DNA of 62,741 nt, filler included, from Choristocarpus tenellus KU-1152 (taxonomy: Eukaryota; Protista; Phaeophyceae): assembly GCA_964200185.2 (NCBI GenBank). It is 10 parts of 10 records of this genome, joined end to end, with 100 filler letters (N's around TTAATTAATTAA, not from the genome) between each part and the next. Parts side by side here need not be neighbours in the genome. Positions count along the whole stretch, not along the records: positions 51,797 to 57,256 come from CAXNAD020010717.1; positions 57,357 to 62,741 come from CAXNAD020010962.1; 8 more parts are not named here. One strand, 5' to 3'. Position 1 is the first letter of the stretch. The number at the start of each line of letters is the position of its first letter. The translations under genes were made by a program, and so were the position numbers. The notes below the pieces were generated by a model. That model ran no database searches. It saw only the letters and a list, made by a program, of their open reading frames with translations, and was not told the DNA's origin. Below are positions 51,697-62,741 of this stretch, piece after piece.

Positions 51697-54600
51697 NNNN
51701 NNNNNNNNNNNNNNNNNNNNNNNNNNNNNNNNNNNNNNNNTTAATTAATTAANNNNNNNNNNNNNNNNNNNNNNNNNNNNNNNNNNNNNNNNNNNNGGGG
51801 GGACAGTTACGTCTCTTGGGAGCCCCCACTGGCTTGGCAACCATGGTCATCTTCCCTCCCCCCCCCTGCCTCTCCTGCATGCCATGATAGTCACTATTTC
51901 GAATTCGATCTTTATCTGCTCCTCAGGCAGGAAGAGGTTGTGCCGCAGTCGGATCTTCCAGGCCAGTCTGAGGCTTCTCAGATTTGATTCATTGCAGAGG
52001 CACACATCCAGGAAAAACAACAATAAACAAAACGAAAGGGGACAAAGGGAGGAGAGGGGGAGGAGAGCAGATTTCAAGAGAAGAGGACACAATGGCAGCA
52101 TCAGTGCTTCACATGAAACGATTCATGCTCCCTGATACACAAGCCAAATTGGAGATACTACCTATCCAGAGGCATCACATGGATTCATTACGATTAACAA
52201 CCCAAGTGTCATATTCAATCAAGTCAGCGGGTCATAGGCCATAGATGTCCCTGACTGCCTTCCCTCGCTAGGACCCTGAGCCAAATGAACAACCACCTGG
52301 CAGTAACTTCTCACGCAACACTGCAGCAAAACATGTCGATTTGCTTGCCTTGAGCTCTTTCATTCTGTACATACCTTCAATGTCGCTTCCTTCGGTGGCT
52401 TGGTCGAACTCTGGCAGGGACGCAAGGGAGATCGTAATACACAAGGGAGTGATAGAAGTTTGTTAAAATCTAAATCAGAATGAGGGATGCAGGAAGCTAG
52501 GTAATTAACCTACCATTGTTCTTACATCTTCACCATACGGACCTGTTGAAAATCTCCTAGTACATTAGAATCATGCTCTGTATAATTCAACTTTATCCAC
52601 CATAGTTCGTAACTTCTAATTTACAGCACTCTACTTTTAATAATAATACCCTACCCTAGCCAATGAACTAATATTAATTTCATGTAACATACGATGATAA
52701 GAAAACAGCTACAGCTGAATTTGTTACAAATTATTTTCCAAGCTCGAATGAAATGCATTGATTATCTAGTAACAGGTCTACTACAGTAGCAACTTGCTGG
52801 GCACACTTAACAGCACCCAGTGCAGATACACCCTGCCTTATAGCTCTGGATGCTACATGCGATACTTTGGAGTAATGCATAGGCAGTTCCGCAAAATTGG
52901 TCACTCACATCGAACTTTACACTATTAAAAAGTATGAACAAAGAGCAGCAAAGATATTGGTTGATTGTATGATATACAGTCATGATTTGTTAGTCCTAGC
53001 TAACAGTTAAACTGTGAGAGGCTATAGGATCCCATTGCTGGTAAGAGGCCTCAACAGAGGTGAAAATGCTTGTGTCGACCCTCTCATTGTGCTTCATATT
53101 CCTTGCAAAAATGGCCAACAGTACAAATGCAAGGCGACCAGGATATAGTAATCTGCCTGTCTAGTCACAACATCCCCAAAACCACCAAAAAGTTATTATA
53201 ATGGATTTCTAAAGGGTGTGACAAATACTCTCTCTTGAAGGGTGCAATACGATTCAATCAGTAATCATTTCACAACTCTTCCTGTGGAGGTGACAGGGAA
53301 TATGGTATCACCCACCACCAAGGTCCACATCTTACTTTTTCCATGTTCATGTACTCCCTCTGTCCCACAGGGTTGTGTCATAAAGTTATAGCTCTTCAAG
53401 ATGACCTCAAAGAGCTACAACTTAACGGCACAGACTTACTGCACAGAGGGAGTATGACTTCAGTGGAACCCTTGGCACGATTTCTAACCTAAAAAGACTT
53501 TTCATGCTAAAGCAGCAGCTAAGGCAGGCCAAGCAGATCAGACCACACGTCTCAGATTGGAAGGATCCATTGTGACACTGATGGAAAAAAATCCCCCTCG
53601 CCTTTTTCATGCAGGACCTGGCGATTTCTTGTCATTGAAGCAGCACAGTCAAGTGCTTCATGAGCATGTGCACACAATGGAGCACAGAGGTGCCAACCAC
53701 GAAGCTCGAAGCATGGGGATGATTCAGCTAAAAGCCAAACACTAAATAAAAAAAACGAGCTAATCGGCGAAGGAAGGATTCAACATCGAATGACGTCTGG
53801 ATATGCAGCCCCTATACCCCTACCCTCCAAGCATAGACAGAATGTATATAAATAACATGCTTTTCAACTTTCCACAAAACCTAACAGCCTGCTGATTTTT
53901 TACTGGACTCATCTTCCGTCTAATATATCTACCTCAAGGCTTGAAATTCACCATGCAATTCAAAACTCACACACAAAACTGCCTGGTCCTGTCTGACTAA
54001 GCTGGGACCCAGACTGGTCCTGTTCAAAGCCATGTTAAACGGAATTTTACTAGGTCAGTCCGCAAACCAGCCTCATCACGGTCACCCAGTCCAGTGTAAA
54101 GCCTTGCATATTTTAGGAATTTTAAAAGCGAAAGCCATAGCTGCAAGTATAGTCGCTGCCATAAACTTGTAAACATCACATTCTGTACAAATGGATCCTT
54201 TACTGTGCAACAGTGTAGTCAAGTACACAATCTGAGCATAATAAAGCACAGTGAGACTGCATCCCTGAGATGAAAACCAAGTATTCGATTTCCACGTGAA
54301 GTTGGGCTTTTCAAATCACACAGGAAACGCCTTTTTGGGGTGGGATGTAGCACCCATCGCGTTTTTCATGCACCCTTTGAGATCGACAACTGTAGGGACC
54401 CCAAAAACACAATCGACATGGCTGGGCTGGCTGACTGGCTTGATAGGTAGGTAGCTATTATGGTCATTGCCACAATGTTAACCAAATAATGGTGAGCCAT
54501 ATGGTCTCTCACAGATATTTTTGTACTTCTTTAAAATGTCGTTGCAGAGATACTAGGAGAAGTGAAGGTGAACGGAACGATGATACACTACCACACCTAG

Positions 54601-54806
54601 AAGGGGAGTTTGACCCACAGCAGTAGGGTAAGTTGTCATTGAGTTAAGCAAGAGGTACAACCTCTGTGAGGAAATGATTGCGCAACCAAAATATACTGCA
54701 CAAACGTATTACAACTAGACCTGCTATAGCACTTTTAATCAAAACTAGAAATAAGGAGATATTTTTCAAAAACTCAATATAACAAAAAAAGCAGTGATCA
54801 GATCAC

Positions 54807-55359
54807 CTTGTCAGCCCCTTCTTCCAATGCCCCCTGCAAACTTTCCTTGGCAGCCTTGGCAGCAGTGGTGGTAATCACAGAGTCATCCTGCTTGGGAGAA
54901 GATCGTGAAGCCATTCCCCCCCCACCTGAATAATTGGCTTGACCACCATTTGAGCTGTTTGCATCCTTACATCTAGCACCCTTTCCATCAGCAGCAACTG
55001 GGGAGGAAGAACTGCCCTTTGCTGCCACTTGTCCATTTTGCTGTTGCCCTTCTCCAACCTTACGCCCATTACTATTATTATGCCCACCCCCACCCCCAGC
55101 AGCAGCAGCAGCAGCTGCCCCAGCCCCAGCTGCTGTTGGGCCTGCTGCTGCCCCTCTATCCCCACTCTTCTTTGTCTTCTTCTTTTTAGATTTGTGCTAG
55201 TTTTGTGCATATATATTGCAGATTGAAGGGAGGAAAACGTGAGGGCAACAGAGAAGGGGAAGGGGGAGGGGGGGAGGGGGTGGGTAAATTCTTTCTTGTG
55301 GNNNNNNNNNNGGGGTTTTGGGGAATATATTGGGGGGGTGGGGGGGGGAAAAGGGGGGG

Positions 55360-55397
<38 letters not shown>

Positions 55398-56956
55398 GGG
55401 TAAATTCTTTCTTGTGGTCTTCTTGGATGGATTTGGAGTCATTGAGTTATTGCAGACATATGTGTTGAACACAGGTTCAGAGGTGGTGAACGGTGGTCTA
55501 TCACAGTGCCCAATCTTTGAGATTCTGACTGTTAACCATTTTTTCACTACTAAACACTCACAAAAAATCTTTCTACCTTCCCTGTACCCATCCATATCTT
55601 TCCACACAGCCCACGGCCGTTTCTATATGGAGACCGTTTTTGAGTCAAACATATCCTCCTGCAATACAGAATCTGCGAGGGAAAGCAGGTTTGGGCAAAG
55701 CACCTTGGCACAATGAGGGTATTCCAAATTTCACAATCAAGCCTCAACATCAACCTGACCAATAACCAGCCACCTTCTGCAATGTCAAAGACTACAGAGT
55801 ACATGCCATAAACACCCTCCTGAGACCTTCCATCACACAATGCCTCCCTATAGTAGCAGGAGAAAAACCCCTCTGCTTGCACCTTGATGACCATTGACTC
55901 TCTCTCCCCCCCCCTTCCCTAATGCACTCTGGTAGGACACCAGCCTAGCTACAAAAAAATAAACGCTCCCTCCCTCTCCCCCAACCATTACTGTATACAT
56001 CAGAGGCTTCACACGACACAGCTTCCATGGTGTGACAAGTGGCACGACAAGACTCAGGGGCATACATACAACATGGCACAAAATTAAAACTTGTACACAA
56101 GCACAAAACAGAAGAGACTCAATGTATCGGAACATGCACAACACCGTGCATCTCCCCCCAAGACTTCCCCTAAGCAATACACCCCCCACAGTCAATATTT
56201 GCTCGAATTGCATACCTTGCTTGCCTTCTTCCCTCCAATACCACCCACTACTGAGTGCGCACCCTGCACTGCCATGGTTTGCTGCTGTTGGTGGTGGAGG
56301 GGGTGCTGTTGCTGCATCCCCTGGAATTGCTGAGGGTGATGGTGGTGGGACTGCTGGTACTGATATTGTGACCCCATACAAAAAAGAGTAAAAACACAAG
56401 ACAAAAAAAGTAGATGTTGCAATCAGGTCAACATCAATTAGAATGATTGTGTGTGCGTGTGCGTGTGTTGTGAAGGAAAGTGCCTGATGAGTGCTTGCGC
56501 CGTAATGTTGTTGTTCCCTTGACTTTGGACTGGACATTTTCACTTGATAGCGCCATGATCATAATAGCAACAATGGTAGGGGATAGGGATACGGCTGAGG
56601 GTTGGCTGCTGTTTGGCAGAAAAGGTCATGGCATAGTTGGCATAGAGAGAGAGAGAGAGAGAAGTAAATGAAAACTGTAGAGCAAGAAAGGGAACAAAGG
56701 GGGATCAATGAGGTGGGACAGGAAACACAACACAAGCCCTGTTTCCTAAACTGGCCTTTACAAAACACCCTATACCATGGGAGACCTGTGTATACAATGA
56801 CACCAATCCAGGCTTTTGAAGCCTCAAGTATGAATCTCACATCCATATTTGCTAAGAGGGATCAAACCTGCTGATGCTGAGCATATTGCCCCTGCATACT
56901 GTGGTGGTAAATCTGCTGCTGCTGGTGATGGGAATAATTTCCGTTATAGGCATTAC
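54807..56956 (-). CDS. Internal exons of a Gln/His-rich, Gly/Ala-rich low-complexity protein with a basic NLS-like tract
   Basis: Exons 56956-56868, 56359-56216, 55196-54807 join in phase: NAYNGNYSHHQQQQIYHHSMQGQYAQHQQ|YQQSHHHHPQQFQ..GKKASK|HKSKKKKTKK. Downstream exons (~51900-53620) are unresolved. Confidence 0.7.
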
Positions 56957-58669
56957 CTGCGGGGCAAAGGAAGGCCCAATACATTCAAAGAGAAATAAAA
57001 AAGTGAACACATTTTGGAATCAACTCTGAAGTGAAAAAAAAATGAAAAGGGACAACTTCTCGTAAAAAATACAAAGGACCAACAACAGCTGAGAATTTAT
57101 CACAAAACCAAACCTTCAGTGATGAGTGACAGTTAGCTATTATTACATTTCAGAACAAATGCCTCGCTCTCTCAAATAAATCCATACATCAACAAACGCA
57201 TACATCTGGTGCAACTTTGAGGGTTAGAGAGAAGCATTTTTTAAGGGGGGGGGGAGNNNNNNNNNNNNNNNNNNNNNNNNNNNNNNNNNNNNNNNNNNNN
57301 TTAATTAATTAANNNNNNNNNNNNNNNNNNNNNNNNNNNNNNNNNNNNNNNNNNNNACCTCACCTCCTTCCTCGCCCCAATCACAACCACCACCACCACC
57401 TACCCCCACTACCTCCCCCCCCTCCACAGGAAATCTAGACCACCTACCACCACATCCACGTCTGCCTTGGGGGGTTCACACTTCAAGTGTAGCTTCTGCC
57501 GTTGACCAAGTCCAAATGGAGATCCTGGAGCGGGTAAACATCACCATGGTTAAGAAGGTTTCGGGCAGGTTACGCACCGCCCATGCAATCACCCTCATGC
57601 AGTGGATCTCCTGATACATGAGGTAACCGCCCCAAGGCTCGAGGGTGAGACACCAACCATAGGGGTCATCAGAGCGTCCAAACTCGTCTACATGATCTCT
57701 GGACTCTTACTGGCAAATGATGGAAAGTTCTCGAGGGAGGAAAGAATTGTCTGAGTGGCATCAGGGAACATCCAAGAGCTGGTAGTATGGCTACTAGAAC
57801 GATCCCAGAGGACCAGCAGACATAGGGAGGCCCCTGGAGAGGGGACCCCAAATCCCACCAGGAACTCGCTGCAGCTTTGGGTCACCACCATGGAGGAATT
57901 TCCAAGGGGGCGAGTGTGCTCCTAGCCCAACCAAGAGCCCCGAGGACAGAGGAGACTTTCAGTGTGCTGGTCCCCAAACACTCGAGTGAGAACCAGGATG
58001 AGCGTAGGCAGGCCATCACAGTTGCAAAAGACAGGGTACAAGGGAATTCAAGATCTGGGGAACAAAGGCACTGCCCCCCGGAAGGGGAGTACACCCCCAC
58101 CTCCCTTGAAACGGCCTTCATGAGGGCGAACAGCAACTCTTCACCAGGCCCCAATGGGATGCGTCCTATCCACATCAGATCATCCATCACGACAGATGTT
58201 GGTCACGAAGAAGTGGCGGAGGCGTGATTGCAAAACTATGGGAGCTAGCTTACACCTCCCCGGACTCTTTACCTCTGGAGTTCTAGACACTTCACACAAA
58301 CTCCAGGCTGTCCGCAATCGGGGAGAAGTGTCGCCCGGTCGCCTGCGGGTCTTTCTTCAGAAGGGCATGTGCTTCACCGAACTGCATAGACTGGCACCCC
58401 TACCTGGAGGAATTTTTCGGTGGAGTACGACAATTTGGTGTCGGGGTCCCAAATGGAGTAGAGTGTGCACTCCTAGATATCCGCCTAAGGAATATGGGTG
58501 GATAATGGGTCATCAGTTTAGACGAAAGAAATGCTTTGAACAGTGTGCGCCGCTCACCTTTCATCAAGGCTCTCCTAGAGACTCTACCAGGATTTCTGTC
58601 TTATATCTCCAAGGTATATGGGGACACCCGAAACCTTCTTTCCCCCTTGGACAAGGGAGGGATGAAGAT

Positions 58670-61035
58670 CCTAGTTGTCATCCGTGAGTTGAAGGAGTTG
58701 GTGTGGATCCCATCTGAGGCCATGAGTGATGTAATACCAACTCAAACCAAACCAGTCCGGCTGTGCCTCCCCTAGCTAGAGTTTGAATTAGGCGCTTAAG
58801 CGTGTTGAGAAGCTTGGCGCATGTAAGGCTCGTCGCCGAAAGTTAGGCGTTGGATTACATGGTAAAACATACACTGAATTATTAATTGCCCGCCCGCCAT
58901 CCATCATCACTGACGTATGAATGAATGTTGACTTATTATATTTTATGCATGTTCGTACTTTGTATCGTACCTAACTAATTATAAACGTACATATATCTTA
59001 TGTTATATACTTGATCAGCAAAGATAACGTAAGGATAACACTAGGCTATTCGACAAATTTTATCTGCTCGAAAGCAGCTATAGTGTTAGAGCCGATCTCC
59101 CTTGCAGATATGGACGTGTTGTCCAGATAGCTTTGGGAGGAAATCCCTTGGGGTCCGAAAGCAGATTGGACCTGCTGTAGCACCTTACGTGTTGCTATGT
59201 AAGATAAGAGGGGGCCAAGGGGGTCTCCCTGTTGTACCCCTGATCTTGACGGCTGGATTGAAGGTGGACTAGGTGATAGTGATGAATCTGATGACACCTG
59301 GGATAGTGGTGAACTTCTGGAGGGTAGAGGAGACTGAGGACAACACTGATGGTGACAACGAGGTGGAGGAGACTGAGGGTAGCAATGATGGTGATGATAA
59401 TAGGGTGGATGAGGCTAAGTACAGCCAATGTGAAAGAAGATTACGACGACTCAGCTTTGGAAATGGTGAAGACAACATCCTTCCCCACCGCACCAGATCA
59501 GGCAATCATCCTACTTCCGCCAAAGCTGCTGTTTTTAACATGTCCAATTTTTTATGACTTGTTTGTCTGTTTCCATAGAGACTACCCTTGTGGTGTGTGC
59601 GAGTGATGATTCTATTAGAGTGTTAGCGGATGAGCTCCCTCCAGAAACCAAGACTGTAAGAGCAGCACGTAGCTCTCCCGAATGTGATTCATGGGATCGA
59701 GCTAGAGCAGAAGAGATGTCTGGTTTGTTGTTGAATCATGTTTGGGTGGAGGCCGTATACCCCCTGGATGCTGGGCAATAGACACTAAATAGATTAACAA
59801 GCGTAAGACTAACAAATTTGGTGAGGTAGTTAGATACAAGGCACGTTTAGGAGCAAAAGGTTTTCGACAGATTGAGGGTTTAGATTACCAAGATACCTTT
59901 GCACCAACACCGTCCCCTGCGTCTTTGAAAATGGTCTTAGGATTAGCTGCAGACAAGGATTGGGAATTGAAACATTGGGATGCGAAACAAGCTTTTATCC
60001 AAGCAAATATTAGTGAAAAGATCTTTGTTCGTTTATGTGATGGATGTGGTATATCGTCTGGAATGATTTTGCGTTTAGTCAAGGCACTTTATGGCACCAA
60101 ACAGGCAAGCAGGGAGTTCAATAATCGGTTGGTGCACGTTTTGGAACAGTGTGGTTTAGAGCAATGCAGAGCAGATCCCTATGTGTTACGCTATATAAGA
60201 GATGGCGTTGTTTGTGCTATGATAGCCCCCCACGTAGACGACCTTTTGGTAGCTGGTAAAATAGATGTTTCGATTTGGATTTGCTCTAGGATTAAGGAGC
60301 AGTTTTCCATAGAAGATTTTGGTGATCTTGAGTATTATATGGGTTGTGAGATTTCACGTGACAGAACCGCACAGACTGTCACCATCGGTCAGACTAGGTA
60401 CATTAAGAGTGTTTGTCAAAGATTTGGTATGGATGGGGCAAAGAAGAGGTCGGTACCCCATGATCTCTCAAGGACTCTAGACAAGAGTGAGAATCATCCA
60501 AGTGTTGATGGAAATGCACCATACAGAGAGGCAGTTGGTAGTTTGATGTGGGCATCTGTTATGACTAGGCTTGACATTGCAAATGCAATTCGTGAAGTTG
60601 CCAAGTACAGTAGCAATCCCAACGTCACACATTGGCGTGCAGTAAGATGTATTTTAGCATATTTGAATGAGCCAAGTGTCTTAGAGGGTAGGGTCGTGTC
60701 CGTTTGGGGACCAAAATCCAAAGTTTCGATTTTGATGTAATTTCGGCTATCGTGTTTGCTAGCAAGTGTCAATATCGTTGTTCCGGACACGCCCTTCCGT
60801 AACGTATACATTTTTATATTCCGAAATGTTTTGGAGTAGGAAAATGTAATAAAAAACCCATGGGAAGCTAAACAGACAAACAGGGCAAAACTCGTACCCT
60901 TTAAGATACTTTAATTCAATACGTGTCAGTGATGATGGATGGCTGGCGGGCAATTAATTACTTAGTGTATGTTTACCATGTAATTCAACTACTAGCTTTC
61001 GGTGACGAGCCTTACATGCGCCAAACTTCTCAATA
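58670..61035 (+). mobile_element. Decayed Ty1/Copia element nested in the non-LTR element, 5' LTR inverted, RNase H missing
   Basis: RT at ~59790-60668: YKARLGAKGFRQIEGLDYQDTFAP, WDAKQAFIQA, KALYGTKQA, HVDDLL, YREAVGSLMW. A full 253-bp TG..CA LTR is on the minus strand at 58803-59055. Its 3' ~118 bp recur in plus orientation at 60918-61035. Confidence 0.92.
60669..60917 (+). mobile_element. MITE family A copy at the Copia RT / 3' LTR junction, TSD AAT
   Basis: GAGCCAAGTGTCTTAGAGGGTAGG...TACCCTTTAAGATACTTTAATTC with AAT on both flanks. Confidence 0.9.
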
Positions 61036-62670
61036 AAGCTGACCTCCATGAGGTGGGCATTGACTTAAATATGGACAAGATCTTTGCCGCACCTCCCCAG
61101 GGCCACCAACCCACGCACTCAGAACTGGAGCTTCGTTCTGCCGCAGGAATCAACCTAGCCCAGAACCCCAATGGTTTTGTCACATTGGGGGCTCCTGTGT
61201 GAACAGATGGCTTTTATCCAAGCCCATATGGCTGAGGTGATCGAGAGCTCTGGAACACGAACTTTGTCCACGCACCTCAGCGAGATGGAGGACAAACAAG
61301 TGACCGGGCTCCTCAACTCCTGGTCTCTCTCCTCCTGCCTAGGCTATCTTGCGAGAGTCATTCCCCCCTCCTGGCATGCTCCAACATGGAGCAAGCAGAA
61401 AACACCTCCTTATGGACACTAGAGAGGACAATGGAGGTAGCAGATTCAACAGAGGCGACGGATTTCTTTAAGGGAGGGTGTAACGATGGGTCTCTCCGCC
61501 TGGAGACCCCCACCAAGTACAGGCATAGATGCCCACAATTGCGGGGGGTCTGTGCCTCTCTTCCATGAAATACCACCAACATGCGGCTTTCGTAGGATCA
61601 CCGATGGCTACTCTCCCCACTTTCCTAGCAAGGCAGCAAGGACCTCATGGCGAGTCCTTCTCACAAGCTGTTTGCACGAGCCCCACAGTACAGGCTTTAG
61701 GATCGCCCATTCACACCCTCCTTTCTACAGATATCCCCTCAGCAGATCTTGTAGAAATCATTGGCCAAGATTGGGTATCCTGGGGGGAACAACATCGCCT
61801 GCACCTGCCTCGGAAGTCCACATCCCGACAGCCCATGGCGCCAGGACCACGAGGAGGGCTCAACATGAGATCACACGCCTCCTGAACAGGACCCATTTCG
61901 ACTCCTTCCGGACACAATTAGCCGGCCTACCAAGTGAAGTACATCAGGGGAAGAAGGAGAGCTCCTCATTAGCCCTAGCACGCCACTGGAGCCAGTGTGG
62001 GGAGAGTAGGTCTGCCCCAAGAGCTCTTTCGCGTTTGGTATGCCTGGCAATCACAGGACCTTGTATGACCATCAGAAATGAAATTTGATCACAAATACAA
62101 CTCATTAACTTTGTCCAACGTGGGTTTAAAAGCCTAAGTGGCCTCCAGACAATGCATGATCATGAGTGATCATGGCAACCATAGAGTACAAGACGAGCTG
62201 GCGAGAGAGGAATGATCAATTGGCCTCAAAATATGCTCCTCTTGTGAAGAAGGCCTGGTATATACGAAGGAGACAGTATGCCATTATGAAGGGAAAAATA
62301 CGAGATAGACGTAGCTGTGTCGTAATCAGATGGCAAGGCGATATGAGCTTAGTACTACTGCAAATATCTCAAGTATTGTCCAAATTCAGTTTTCTGCTCC
62401 TTGCGCATTTGCTCTGGATCCACTGTAGGAAATACAGTGGTGGAAGTGGTGAAAAATTCACAATCGATTTGGACGGGCGTTGCTGGTCAAGGTTACACGC
62501 AGATAGTAACATAACCTTTGGATATGAGCGGTACGTGAACGATTGCCGCCGGCAACATTGCAACAGATGGGTGCCGGCATTGATGCAACGGTGTTCTCTT
62601 GTTCTTCAAACCTGAAAATAGGAGTTAGAGCGGGTTAGGTTTAACGTTTAGCTCACCAGGCTTGTGTTTG

Positions 62671-62741
62671 GACCCAAAGTATCTGGGAGGGGGGGGGTCT
62701 ACACAAGGGTGTCCATTTGGACCAAAATCAGGAAAAGTGCA
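62671..62741 (-). mobile_element. MITE family B half copy at window end
   Basis: GACCCAAAGTATCTGGGAGGGGGGGGGTCTACACAAGGGTGTCCATTTGG. Confidence 0.88.

Larger units (their letters stand above)
57480..62010 (+). mobile_element. Decayed non-LTR retrotransposon (CRE/RLE-type RT), interrupted by a Copia element
   Basis: RT motifs across frameshifts: SSPGPNGMRPIHI, C(L)RPVACG, QFGVGVPNGVE, D..NALNSVRRS. GVQQGDPLGPLL and YLDN lie on the minus strand at ~59056-59258. The frame resumes at 61036 with ADLHEVGIDLNMDK..FVTLGAPV, LGYLARVIPP, MPTIAGGLCLS. Outer boundaries are approximate. Confidence 0.85.

Noticed and set aside
55270-55420. Direct repeat GGGTGGGTAAATTCTTTCTTGTGG around an N gap
   Set aside because: It flanks a 10-N gap and poly-G runs, so it is most likely an unmerged assembly overlap.
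20575-57356. Recurrent TTAATTAATTAA palindrome as a biological motif, and gene clustering across it
   Set aside because: It is always centred in exactly 44+44 Ns, so it is an artificial joiner. Adjacent contigs are not known neighbours.
3583-60953. Family of similar short ORFs (LGSVNILxLDTPF.., KWTRLYPLRYFGS) as a peptide gene family
   Set aside because: They are translations of MITE family A copies, and frames and stops are not conserved between copies.
62166-62615. 149-aa plus-strand ORF, or two minus-strand exons
   Set aside because: No recognisable motif, and the strand is ambiguous.

Overview
Eukaryotic nuclear DNA. The window is ten unrelated short contigs joined by nine artificial 100-nt spacers (N44-TTAATTAATTAA-N44), so neighbourhood across spacers means nothing. 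Intron-dense genes, TTAGGG-type telomeric motifs and the gene set suggest a stramenopile alga, possibly brown-algal lineage (inference only). Most short ORFs in the supplied track are spurious; the real genes are spliced and were rebuilt by hand from GT/GC-AG sites and phase consistency. Genes found: an MFS_2/GPH-type transporter with Cys-rich loops and a C-terminal extension (13 exons), a myosin motor fragment (7 exons), a degenerate cNMP-binding fragment, a pseudo-receiver (REC) protein, a PP4R3/SMEK fragment, a complete CBS-pair gene head-to-head with an intronless SPRY/coiled-coil gene, an ABCG 3' end and a Gln/His-rich gene. Also present: a tRNA-Gly(GCC) copy with a duplicated D-arm, two decayed Copia elements, and a CRE-like non-LTR element with a nested, partly inverted Copia. 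The strongest candidate for an undescribed system is a pair of MITE families (about 18 whole or partial copies) sharing a terminal core CAAAGTATCT and a subterminal GTCCATTTGGGG box, with mixed 3- and 4-bp target duplications. Short interstitial (CCCTAA)n tracts are pervasive, and AAG acceptors and GC donors are unusually frequent.
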